This document shows, piece by piece, positions 48,178-56,392 of a stretch of DNA of 56,392 bases. Position 1 is the stretch's first letter, and the number at the start of each line of letters is the position of its first letter. The position numbers were made by a program, and so were the translations under genes. The stretch is from the NCBI GenBank assembly GCA_040381195.1, contig JBEIHR010000001.1, forward strand, positions 1 to 56,392. The letters run 5' to 3'. Below the pieces are notes generated by a model. That model ran no database searches, was not told the DNA's origin, and saw only the letters and a program-made list of their open reading frames with translations. This stretch comes from Rubricoccaceae bacterium (GTDB lineage: Bacteria > Actinomycetota > Actinomycetes > S36-B12).

Positions 48178-48581
48178 AGCCCCGACTCCGTCGTTGGGCC
48201 CCCGTCCTGAGTGCGGGGACACTGACCGCCGCAGCGCTGCTGGTCGTGGGACTTCACGATCCGGAAAACGGTGGTCTGTACCCGCCATGCGTGAGCGCGA
48301 TGCTCGGTATTGCGTGCCCCCTGTGCGGAGGTCTCCGGGGAACTCACGATCTCCTGCGAGGCGACATCGCGGCAATGATGGACCACAACGCCCTCATCCC
48401 GCTCTACATCGTGACGTTCGCAACGCTATTCCTCGGTTGGACCTGGTCGCGCATTCGTGGGACCACCCCCAGGAACGTGCGGGCGGTGCAGATCACCGCG
48501 ATCACCGTCGTCGTGATCAGTGTCGGTTTCGGTGTTCTGCGGAACTTCATCCCGTACCTAGCCCCTGCTGCGGGGTCGTAG
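48174..48581 (+). CDS. DUF2752 domain membrane protein
   Basis: 135 aa. GTG 48174 overlaps the kinase [24 protein letters not shown] is the CPxCG motif typical of DUF2752, followed by TM helices. Confidence 0.75.
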   Translation: MKPRLRRWAPVLSAGTLTAAALLVVGLHDPENGGLYPPCVSAMLGIACPLCGGLRGTHDLLRGDIAAMMDHNALIPLYIVTFATLFLGWTWSRIRGTTPRNVRAVQITAITVVVISVGFGVLRNFIPYLAPAAGS

Positions 48582-48603
48582 GGGCGGGGTTACGCTCGCC
48601 CAC

Positions 48604-49425
48604 ATGAGCGTCCTCGACGAAATCGTTGCGGGTGTTCAGGAGGATGTCGCGGAACGCATGGCGATCGTTCCGCTCGATGAACTCAAGGAGCGCGTGGCTG
48701 ATGCGCCCGCGCCTCGTGATGCGATCGCTGCTCTCACGTCGTCAGGAATCAGTGTCATCGCTGAAGTGAAGCGCGCCAGTCCCAGCCGCGGAACTCTGTC
48801 GACGATCCCCGACCCAGCCCTGCTTGCGCACGAATATGAGCAGGGTGGTGCGCATTGCATCAGCGTCCTGACCGAGCAGCGTCGCTTCTGTGGGAGCCTC
48901 GCAGACCTTGACGCGGTGCGCGCGGCCGTGTCGGTCCCGGTCCTGCGTAAGGATTTCGTCGTCACGAGCTACCAGTTGTGGGAGGCGCGGGTTCACGGCG
49001 CCGATCTGATCCTCTTGATCGTTGCCGCCCTCGACCAGCAGCGGCTGATCGGACTGCTCGAACGCAGCCTGAGCCTGGGGCTCACACCCATCGTGGAGGT
49101 CCATGACGAGGAGGAAGTGGAGCGCGCGCTGGCCGCAGGAGCATCCGTGATCGGAGTCAACGCGCGGAATCTGAAGACCCTGGAGGTGGATCGCGACGCC
49201 TTCGCCCGGCTCGCACCCCGAATCCCCGATCAGTGCATCACCATCGCCGAATCAGGGATCCGCGGTCCCCACGATCTCATCGTGTACGCCGAGTGCGGTG
49301 CCGATGCTGTCCTAGTCGGCGAGACGCTCGTGAAGCACTCGCATCCGCGCGCCGCCGTGCACGAGCTCGTCACCGCGGGATCCCACCCCGCGGTCAAGCA
49401 CGCTCCTCGCGGGGGAATGCCGTGA
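48604..49425 (+). CDS. trpC: Indole-3-glycerol phosphate synthase
   Basis: 273 aa. [53 protein letters not shown]. Confidence 0.95.
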   Translation: MSVLDEIVAGVQEDVAERMAIVPLDELKERVADAPAPRDAIAALTSSGISVIAEVKRASPSRGTLSTIPDPALLAHEYEQGGAHCISVLTEQRRFCGSLADLDAVRAAVSVPVLRKDFVVTSYQLWEARVHGADLILLIVAALDQQRLIGLLERSLSLGLTPIVEVHDEEEVERALAAGASVIGVNARNLKTLEVDRDAFARLAPRIPDQCITIAESGIRGPHDLIVYAECGADAVLVGETLVKHSHPRAAVHELVTAGSHPAVKHAPRGGMP

Positions 49426-50630
49426 CGCTCGCGACAGACACCACCCCCGGTCATTACGGTCCGTACGGTGGCCGGTTTGTGCCCGAGGCCCTCATGGCCG
49501 CATTGGACGAACTCGATGCCGCGTTCCGAGAGGCGATCGGTGACCCGACATTCGCGGCAACCCTCACCGATCTCGAGCGGGACTACACCGGTCGCCCATC
49601 ACCCCTGACGAGAGCTCGGCGCTTCGAAGTCGAGTGTGGCGGAGCCCGGGTCTACCTCAAACGCGAGGATCTCAATCACACGGGCTCGCACAAGATCAAC
49701 AACGTGCTCGGCCAGGCGCTGCTCACGACGCGAATGGGCAAGCGTCGAGTGATTGCCGAGACCGGTGCGGGTCAGCATGGGGTCGCCACCGCGACTGCGG
49801 CAGCCCTGCTCGGCCTGGAGTGCACGGTCTATATGGGAGAGGAGGACACGCGGCGCCAGGCGCTGAATGTCGCGCGCATGCGCCTTCTCGGAGCAGAGGT
49901 GGTCCCGGTCCTCACCGGGAGTCGCACGCTGAAGGATGCGATCAACGAGGCGATGCGCGACTGGGTCACCCGCGTCGCCGATACCCACTATCTCCTGGGC
50001 ACAGTGACCGGCCCGGCTCCGTTCCCGGAGATCGTGCGACATTTCCATTCAGTCATCGGGCGTGAAACCCGCGAACAGATCCTCGTGAAGGAGGGGCGAC
50101 TCCCCGATGCCGTGGTCGCCTGCGTGGGAGGTGGCTCCAACGCGATGGGGATCTTCAGTGCCTTCCTCGACGAACCATCGGTGCGCCTGGTCGGGTACGA
50201 GGCGGGCGGTGAGGGGGTGGAGACCGGTCGACATGCGGCGCGCTTCGCCGCGGGTGCCCCGGGGGTGCTCCACGGGGCGCGCACCTACGTGATGCAGGAC
50301 TCCTGGGGTCAGACTGTGCCCTCGCATTCGATCAGCGCCGGACTCGACTACCCGGGAGTAGGTCCCGAGCATGCCTGGCTGCACGACTCCGGTCGGGCGA
50401 GCTACGAACCGGTGACCGATGCGGAGGCCATGGATGCCTTCGAATTGCTGTCTCGAACGGAAGGGATCCTGCCTGCCATCGAGACTGCGCATGCGCTCGC
50501 CGGAGCCCGAAGGTTGGGGCGTGAGCTCGGGCGCGACGCCGTCATCGTCGTCAATCTGTCGGGCCGCGGCGATAAGGACGTGGTCACGGCAGCACGTTGG
50601 TTCGGTCTCGGAGTCGATTCCGCCGAATGA
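49422..50630 (+). CDS. trpB: Tryptophan synthase beta chain
   Basis: In-frame part of track ORF 49233..50630. GTG 49422 overlaps the trp[33 protein letters not shown] (PLP lysine), [21 protein letters not shown]. Confidence 0.95.
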   Translation: MTLATDTTPGHYGPYGGRFVPEALMAALDELDAAFREAIGDPTFAATLTDLERDYTGRPSPLTRARRFEVECGGARVYLKREDLNHTGSHKINNVLGQALLTTRMGKRRVIAETGAGQHGVATATAAALLGLECTVYMGEEDTRRQALNVARMRLLGAEVVPVLTGSRTLKDAINEAMRDWVTRVADTHYLLGTVTGPAPFPEIVRHFHSVIGRETREQILVKEGRLPDAVVACVGGGSNAMGIFSAFLDEPSVRLVGYEAGGEGVETGRHAARFAAGAPGVLHGARTYVMQDSWGQTVPSHSISAGLDYPGVGPEHAWLHDSGRASYEPVTDAEAMDAFELLSRTEGILPAIETAHALAGARRLGRELGRDAVIVVNLSGRGDKDVVTAARWFGLGVDSAE

Positions 50631-51424
50631 ACGTCAGACAACAGGCCGTCTTCGCTCATGCAGCGCACGAGGGGCGAGCCGCACTCATCGGCTACTTCCC
50701 CGCGGGTTTCCCGTCCGCGGAGGACAGTGTTCGTCTGATGGCTGCGATGGTGCGCGGTGGTGTCGACCTGGTGGAGGTGGGTCTGCCGTACTCGGATCCA
50801 CTCATGGATGGACCTGTGATCCAGGCCGCAGCGGAGCATGCGCTCCTGTCGGGGACGACGACCGATGACGTGGTGGATGTGGTCGCCCGTCTTGCGGACC
50901 TGGGAGCGGTACCCCTCGTGATGTCGTATTGGAATCCGATCGAGCGCTATGGGACGGCGCACTTCGCTTCCCGCCTTTCGGCGGCCGGGGGAGTGGGTGT
51001 CATCACCCCGGATCTCACCCCGGAGGAGGCGGGTGAGTGGATCTCGGTCACGGACGAATACGGGATCGGACGCACCTTCCTCGTGGCGCCCTCGAGTACT
51101 GATGCACGTATCGAGCGGGTGAGTCGCGCGACCACTGGATTCCTGTACGCGGCATCCACCATGGGCGTCACCGGCGTTCGGGACCACGTCAGCGATGCTG
51201 CCCCCACCCTCGTCGAGCGCGTGCGCACCATCACGGACCTGCCCGTCGGCGTCGGACTCGGCGTCTCGACCGAACAACAGGCGGCGTCGGTGGCCGCCTA
51301 TGCCGACGGTGTCATCGTGGGTTCGGCATTCGTGCGCGCAGTTCAGGAGGCAGGGGATATCGCCTCGGCCGAGTACGCGATCGAGGCGTTATCGGCGGAA
51401 CTCGCCCGGGGTGTCCGAACCTGA
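50627..51424 (+). CDS. trpA: Tryptophan synthase alpha chain
   Basis: In-frame part of track ORF 50597..51424. ATG 50627 overlaps the trp[55 protein letters not shown]. Confidence 0.93.
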   Translation: MNVRQQAVFAHAAHEGRAALIGYFPAGFPSAEDSVRLMAAMVRGGVDLVEVGLPYSDPLMDGPVIQAAAEHALLSGTTTDDVVDVVARLADLGAVPLVMSYWNPIERYGTAHFASRLSAAGGVGVITPDLTPEEAGEWISVTDEYGIGRTFLVAPSSTDARIERVSRATTGFLYAASTMGVTGVRDHVSDAAPTLVERVRTITDLPVGVGLGVSTEQQAASVAAYADGVIVGSAFVRAVQEAGDIASAEYAIEALSAELARGVRT

Positions 51425-51487
51425 CATCGCGGGGGAGGGAACCCCGGCTTAGGCTGTAAGGGCCGTTCGAGTGAAGGAGCGACATCC

Positions 51488-52282
51488 ATGAGTGGAGCAT
51501 CCCGTCGGGAGCGTGCCGCAGCGGCGCGCAACGAGGCCCAGGCGAGCGAGAAGCGCCGGGAGCGCACCGTGCGCATCATCGGTGCCGTGGCGGTCGTCGG
51601 GGTGGTCGTGGGCATCATCGGAGTGGCGGTCATCGCACGGAGTTCCTCCGATGCGGCCAACCAGGTGACGCGCGTCGATCCGGATCCCAGTGCCCCCCTC
51701 CCGGAAGGCGTGCTCGGCGCGGACAGTGCCCACCCGTATGGCGTTCCCTACGGCACGGCGACGGAGGGTGCCCCGGTCCTCGAACTCTGGGAGGACTTCC
51801 AGTGCCCCGCGTGCGGTGCGCTCGAGCAAGTGAACGGTGCAGGCATCGCCGAACTGGCCGAGACCGGAAAGATCCAATTGATCTGGCGGCCGACGCATTT
51901 CCTCGACGCCAACCTCGGCAACGACGCATCCAACCGCGCGATCGCAGCGTGGGGCTGTGCGATCGATGCCGGGAAGGTTCGGGAATTCCACGATCTCGTG
52001 TACGTGAACCAACCCGCCGACGAAGGCCTCGGCTACACCCAGGATCAGTTGATCTCCTTCGGTGAGCAGACCGGAATCGCCGGGGCCGATCTGGAAACCT
52101 TCACGCAATGCGTTCAGGACGGGACGTACCGCGCCTGGGCCGCGAACAGCAACCAGGAGTTCCAGAACGCTGCGATCCAGGGGACCCCCTACGGACTCCT
52201 GAACGGTGTGGTGGTGGAGAACGCGACGCTCGCTGACCGGGCAGCCCTCGAGGCGGCGGTCGCGCAGGCCGCCGGTCAGTAA
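51488..52282 (+). CDS. Membrane-anchored DsbA/thioredoxin-fold thiol:disulfide oxidoreductase
   Basis: 264 aa. N-terminal TM ([21 protein letters not shown]), then [13 protein letters not shown] (CxxC active site). Confidence 0.8.
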   Translation: MSGASRRERAAAARNEAQASEKRRERTVRIIGAVAVVGVVVGIIGVAVIARSSSDAANQVTRVDPDPSAPLPEGVLGADSAHPYGVPYGTATEGAPVLELWEDFQCPACGALEQVNGAGIAELAETGKIQLIWRPTHFLDANLGNDASNRAIAAWGCAIDAGKVREFHDLVYVNQPADEGLGYTQDQLISFGEQTGIAGADLETFTQCVQDGTYRAWAANSNQEFQNAAIQGTPYGLLNGVVVENATLADRAALEAAVAQAAGQ

Positions 52283-52306
52283 CCCGGTATAGTTCTGCCT
52301 CCAGGC

Positions 52307-52337
52307 CAACGACGTCCTGGATCCTTCGACGTCGTTG
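52307..52337 (+). repeat. Perfect 10-bp inverted repeat with an 11-nt loop (possible terminator of the DsbA-like gene or operator/leader hairpin of gltB)
   Basis: CAACGACGTC at 52307..52316 pairs with GACGTCGTTG at 52328..52337. The loop is ctggatccttc. It lies in the 65-bp spacer, 11 nt upstream of the gltB GTG. No U-tract follows. Confidence 0.5.
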
Positions 52338-52347
52338 TGAGGTCTCC

Positions 52348-55300
52348 GTGCTGTACTCCGCACTGCCTGCTCCCCAGGGTCTCTACCGGCCCGAACACGA
52401 GCACGATGCCTGTGGGGTGGCGTTCGTCGCGACCCTCACCGGTGTCCCCTCGCATGGCATCGTCGACACGGCGCTGACCGCCTTGGAGAATCTCGAACAC
52501 CGTGGTGCCTCGGGTTCCGAGCCCGACAGTGGTGACGGATCCGGCATCCTGATCCAGATCCCCGACGCCTTCTTTCGCGAGGTCGTCGATTTCGAACTCC
52601 CACCCTCGGGTGGTTACGCGGCGGGGATCGTCTTCCTCCCCAACGACGAGGTGGCGGCGGCACGCACGCGCGACCAGCTGGCGGCGCTCGCTGCCGATGA
52701 GGGTCTGCGCATCCTGGGCTGGCGTGAGGTCCCGATCGACCCACGGCTCGTGGGTGCCACGGCCCGCGCCTGTATGCCACGTTTCTGGCAGGTGTTCATC
52801 TCGGATGCCCAGACGTCAGCACGCGGGATCGATCTTGATCGACTCGTCTACGGTTTCCGGCGCCGGGCCGAGCGTGATGCCGGGGTATACGTTCCCTCGC
52901 TGTCCTCACGAACCATCGTGTACAAGGGAATGCTGACAACGGCTCAGTTGCGCGCCTTCTTCCCAGATCTGACCCATCCGGCGATGGCCAGCGCGTTGGC
53001 GCTCGTGCACTCGCGGTTCTCCACGAACACGTTCCCGTCGTGGCCCCTCGCACATCCCTACCGGCTGATCGCCCACAACGGTGAGATCAACACACTGCGG
53101 GGTAACCGCAACTGGATGCAGGCGAGGGAGGCTCTCCTGACCTCGGATCTCCTCCCGGGCGATCTGACACGACTGTTCCCCATCTGCACCCCCGGCGGTA
53201 GCGACTCGGCGTCTTTCGACGAGGTCCTCGAACTCCTGCATCTCGGTGGGCGGTCATTGCCGCACGCCGTTTTGATGATGATCCCGGAAGCCTGGGAGAC
53301 CAACTCCGATATGGACCCTGCTCGCAGGGCCTTCTATGCATTCCACGCGACGATCATGGAGCCCTGGGATGGGCCCGCGAACATCTCGTTCACCGATGGG
53401 ACCGTGATCGGAGCCGTTCTCGACAGGAACGGACTCCGTCCCGGTCGGTACTGGGTTACCGACGACGGCCTCGTGGTCCTAGGGTCCGAGGCCGGCGTCC
53501 TCGACATCGACCCGGCACGCATCGTTCGCAAGGGTCGCCTGCAGCCGGGACGCATGTTCCTCGTCGATACAGCCGCCGGCCGGATCGTCGAGGATGACGA
53601 GATCAAGGCCGAACTCGCGGCAGCGCATCCCTTCCAGGAATGGCTGGACGCGGGACTGATTCACCTGGAGTCCCTCCCCGAGCGTGAGCACGTGGTGCAC
53701 ACCCACGAATCCGTGGCGCGGCGCCAGCAGACGTTCGGGTACACCCAGGAGGAGCTCCGGCTCATCCTCGAACCGATGGCGCTCAAAGGCGAAGAGCCGA
53801 TCGGCTCGATGGGTACGGATAGTCCGATCGCCGCGCTGTCTGCGCGTCCCCGTCTGCTCTTCGACTACTTCACCCAGTTGTTCGCGCAGGTGACGAACCC
53901 ACCGCTGGATGCGATTCGCGAGGAGATCGTCACCAGTCTGTCGTCCCTCGCCGGCCCCGAAGGCAATCTGTTGGACACGGAGGCGAGCCACGCACGCCAG
54001 GTGGTCATGCCTTTTCCGGTAATCGACAACGACGAACTCGCCAAGATCCTGCACATCAATGCGGACGGAGAGCTGCCCGAATTCGCTGCCGCGCGCATCA
54101 AGGGCCTCTATCCGGTGGGCGGCGGTGGTGCGGCTCTGGCGAAGAGACTCGGTGAGATTTTCAACGAGGTCGACGCGGTGATTCGACAGGGGAAGCGCTT
54201 CATCGTCCTCTCCGACCGGGACAGCAATGCCCAACTCGCACCCATCCCCTCGCTTCTCCTGACCGCCGCAGTCCACCATCACCTGGTCCGCACTAAGGCG
54301 CGCACGATGATCAGCCTGCACGTCGAGGCAGGCGATGTGCGCGAGGTGCATCACATCGCCCTGCTCGTCGGATACGGAGCCGCGAGCGTCAACCCGTACC
54401 TCGCCCTGGAGTCCGTCGAGGACCTCGTGCGTCGAGGCGTGATCGATGGCGTCACAGCCGAGAAGGCCATGCGGAACACCATCAAGGCATTGGGTAAGGG
54501 TTTGCTCAAGGTGATGTCGAAGATGGGCGTGTCCACGGTCGCCTCGTATCGCGGTGCGCAGATCTTCGAGGCCATCGGTCTTTCCCAGGACCTGGTGGAC
54601 CGTTACTTCACGGGAACGACGTCGCGCCTCGGTGGGGTCGATCTCGACGTGATTGCCGAGGAGGTTGCCCAGCGGCACGCGGTTGCCTATCCGCGATCGG
54701 GGATCTCACCTGCGCACCGTGTGCTCGCAGATGGTGGCGAGTATCAGTGGCGGAGGGACGGCGAGCCCCACCTCTTTGACCCGGAGACGGTGTTCCGACT
54801 CCAGCATGCGACAAGGGCCAAGCGTTTCGACATCTTCCGTGAGTACACCGCGCAGGTGAATGAGCAGTCTGAGCGGCTCATGACCCTGCGGGGTCTGTTC
54901 CACCTCAAGACGGGAGAGCGCCCGCCCATCCCGATCGATGAGGTGGAATCGATCGAGTCGATCATGAAGCGCTTCTCCACGGGGGCGATGAGCTACGGCT
55001 CGATCTCGCAGGAGGCGCATGAGACTCTGGCGATCGCGATGAATCGCATCGGTGCGAAGTCCAACACCGGAGAAGGCGGGGAGGATCCCGAGCGCTACGA
55101 AACCCTGCCCAATGGGGACTCGAAGCGATCGGCAATCAAGCAGGTCGCTTCTGGTCGTTTCGGTGTCACGAGTGAGTACCTGGTCAACAGTGACGACATC
55201 CAGATCAAGATGGCGCAGGGTGCCAAGCCCGGTGAGGGTGGCCAGCTCCCCGGCCACAAGGTGTATCCGTGGATCGCAAAGACCCGTCACTCCACACCGG

Positions 55301-56392
55301 GTGTCGGATTGATCTCACCTCCGCCCCATCACGACATATACTCCATTGAGGACCTCGCGCAGCTCATCCATGATCTGAAGAACGCCAATCCACGTGCTCG
55401 AGTCCACGTGAAACTCGTTGCCGAGATGGGGGTGGGCACGGTGGCGGCGGGCGTCTCCAAGGCGCATGCGGATGTCGTATTGATCTCGGGTCACGATGGT
55501 GGCACGGGAGCCTCGCCGTTGACCTCCCTCAAGCATGCGGGCGCCCCGTGGGAGTTGGGCCTCGCAGAGACACAGCAGACACTGGTCTTGAACGGGCTGC
55601 GCGATCGCATCGTCGTGCAGACGGATGGGCAGCTCAAGACGGGACGCGATGTCATCGTGGCCGCCTTACTCGGTGCGGAGGAGTTCGGTTTCGCCACGGC
55701 CCCGCTCGTCGTGATGGGGTGCATCATGATGCGCGTCTGCCACCTCGATACCTGCCCCGTCGGCGTGGCAACACAGAATCCCGTCCTGCGTGAGCGGTTC
55801 AGCGGTCGACCCGAATTCGTCATCACCTTCTTCGAGTACATCGCCCAGGAAGTGCGGGAGTTCCTGGCTGCCATGGGCTTCCGATCACTCGACGAGGTCA
55901 TCGGCCGCAGTGATCTTCTCGATACCGCATCCGCAATCGACCACTGGAAGGCCTCGGGCCTGGACCTCAGCCCGATCCTCTACACACCCGATGTCCCCGG
56001 ACCTCGGCACCGGGTCCAGGACCAGGATCACGGCCTGGATCGGGCTCTCGATCAGGAACTCATCGGTCTGTGCGCCGCAGCCCTCGATGCCGGGGAGCCC
56101 GTCCGTGCTCGGCTTGCGATCCGCAACGTCAATCGCACCGTGGGGACCATGCTCGGCTCGGAGGTGACCCGCCGCTTCGGGGGCTCCGGTCTCCCTGACG
56201 GAACCATCGACCTCACATTCGTCGGCTCGGCAGGGCAGTCCTTCGGCGCATTCCTGCCTGCGGGCATCACGCTGCGTCTCGAGGGAGACGCCAACGACTA
56301 CGTGGCGAAGGGGCTCTCCGGAGGACGTGTCATCGTGCGCCCGGATCGTGCGGCGCCCTTTGCCGCGGAGGACAACATCATCGCCGGGAACG
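52348..56392 (+). CDS. gltB: Glutamate synthase large subunit, N-terminal ~1348 codons; 3' end lies outside the window
   Basis: Absent from the ORF track because no stop is reached. GTG 52348 follows [20 protein letters not shown] contains the Ntn amidotransferase Cys1 after a short propeptide. The frame stays open to the window end, and the FMN domain motif [23 protein letters not shown] lies at ~55315. Confidence 0.9.
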   Translation, partial: MLYSALPAPQGLYRPEHEHDACGVAFVATLTGVPSHGIVDTALTALENLEHRGASGSEPDSGDGSGILIQIPDAFFREVVDFELPPSGGYAAGIVFLPNDEVAAARTRDQLAALAADEGLRILGWREVPIDPRLVGATARACMPRFWQVFISDAQTSARGIDLDRLVYGFRRRAERDAGVYVPSLSSRTIVYKGMLTTAQLRAFFPDLTHPAMASALALVHSRFSTNTFPSWPLAHPYRLIAHNGEINTLRGNRNWMQAREALLTSDLLPGDLTRLFPICTPGGSDSASFDEVLELLHLGGRSLPHAVLMMIPEAWETNSDMDPARRAFYAFHATIMEPWDGPANISFTDGTVIGAVLDRNGLRPGRYWVTDDGLVVLGSEAGVLDIDPARIVRKGRLQPGRMFLVDTAAGRIVEDDEIKAELAAAHPFQEWLDAGLIHLESLPEREHVVHTHESVARRQQTFGYTQEELRLILEPMALKGEEPIGSMGTDSPIAALSARPRLLFDYFTQLFAQVTNPPLDAIREEIVTSLSSLAGPEGNLLDTEASHARQVVMPFPVIDNDELAKILHINADGELPEFAAARIKGLYPVGGGGAALAKRLGEIFNEVDAVIRQGKRFIVLSDRDSNAQLAPIPSLLLTAAVHHHLVRTKARTMISLHVEAGDVREVHHIALLVGYGAASVNPYLALESVEDLVRRGVIDGVTAEKAMRNTIKALGKGLLKVMSKMGVSTVASYRGAQIFEAIGLSQDLVDRYFTGTTSRLGGVDLDVIAEEVAQRHAVAYPRSGISPAHRVLADGGEYQWRRDGEPHLFDPETVFRLQHATRAKRFDIFREYTAQVNEQSERLMTLRGLFHLKTGERPPIPIDEVESIESIMKRFSTGAMSYGSISQEAHETLAIAMNRIGAKSNTGEGGEDPERYETLPNGDSKRSAIKQVASGRFGVTSEYLVNSDDIQIKMAQGAKPGEGGQLPGHKVYPWIAKTRHSTPGVGLISPPPHHDIYSIEDLAQLIHDLKNANPRARVHVKLVAEMGVGTVAAGVSKAHADVVLISGHDGGTGASPLTSLKHAGAPWELGLAETQQTLVLNGLRDRIVVQTDGQLKTGRDVIVAALLGAEEFGFATAPLVVMGCIMMRVCHLDTCPVGVATQNPVLRERFSGRPEFVITFFEYIAQEVREFLAAMGFRSLDEVIGRSDLLDTASAIDHWKASGLDLSPILYTPDVPGPRHRVQDQDHGLDRALDQELIGLCAAALDAGEPVRARLAIRNVNRTVGTMLGSEVTRRFGGSGLPDGTIDLTFVGSAGQSFGAFLPAGITLRLEGDANDYVAKGLSGGRVIVRPDRAAPFAAEDNIIAGN

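Noticed and set aside
51429-51448. Small hairpin (GGGG-7 nt-CCCC) after trpA as an intrinsic terminator; similar weak stems occur after rluD (32643..32669) and after DUF2752 (48582..48603)
   Set aside because: The stems are only 5-7 bp with large loops and no U-tracts, so they cannot be told apart from background in GC-rich DNA.
1-56392. CRISPR arrays, IS elements, integrases, prophage or defence-system genes, tRNA/rRNA
   Set aside because: None found. The only tandem repeat is the coding 18-bp array. Every gap longer than 100 bp (9248..9376, 9809..10075, 23269..23479, 30360..30488) was read on both strands and contains no tRNA-like or repeat-spacer structure.

Overview
High-GC, Actinomycetota-type chromosomal core segment. 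It is very densely coded and mostly on the + strand, with many 1-4 nt stop/start overlaps. Gene order: (1) the 3' part of dnaE2, then dinB. (2) About 6.5 kb of less conserved genes: DUF3040, a membrane-anchored lipase-like hydrolase, an acidic repeat protein coupled to an RDD protein, a HelD-type helicase, DUF3293 and a DUF3048 lipoprotein. (3) A complete dcw cluster, mraZ-rsmH-ftsL-ftsI-murE-murF-mraY-murD-ftsW-murG-murC-ftsQ-ftsZ, followed by pgeF-yggS-sepF-yggT and a short divIVA. (4) ileS on the - strand, a DksA/TraR-type gene with an (AKKAAP)x13 tail, lspA, rluD and dnaE1. (5) gpx, a membrane protein, ybaK and a Lon-N domain gene. (6) hisD-C-B-H-A-F-I fused to trpE, then two small membrane genes, a response regulator/histidine kinase/DUF2752 trio, and trpC-B-A. 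(7) A DsbA-like gene and the first ~4 kb of gltB. I saw no rRNA, tRNA, CRISPR array, transposase, integrase or phage genes. I found no convincing evidence for a wholly new multi-gene system such as a defence island. The best leads are the Lys/Ala/Pro-tailed DksA-like factor, the two-component/DUF2752 trio embedded in the trp operon, the acidic-repeat/RDD gene pair, and the structured spacer plus 42-codon ORF between mraZ and rsmH. All functional calls come from recognising motifs and synteny by eye; no searches were run. Many long track ORFs are antisense or out-of-frame artefacts of the high GC content.
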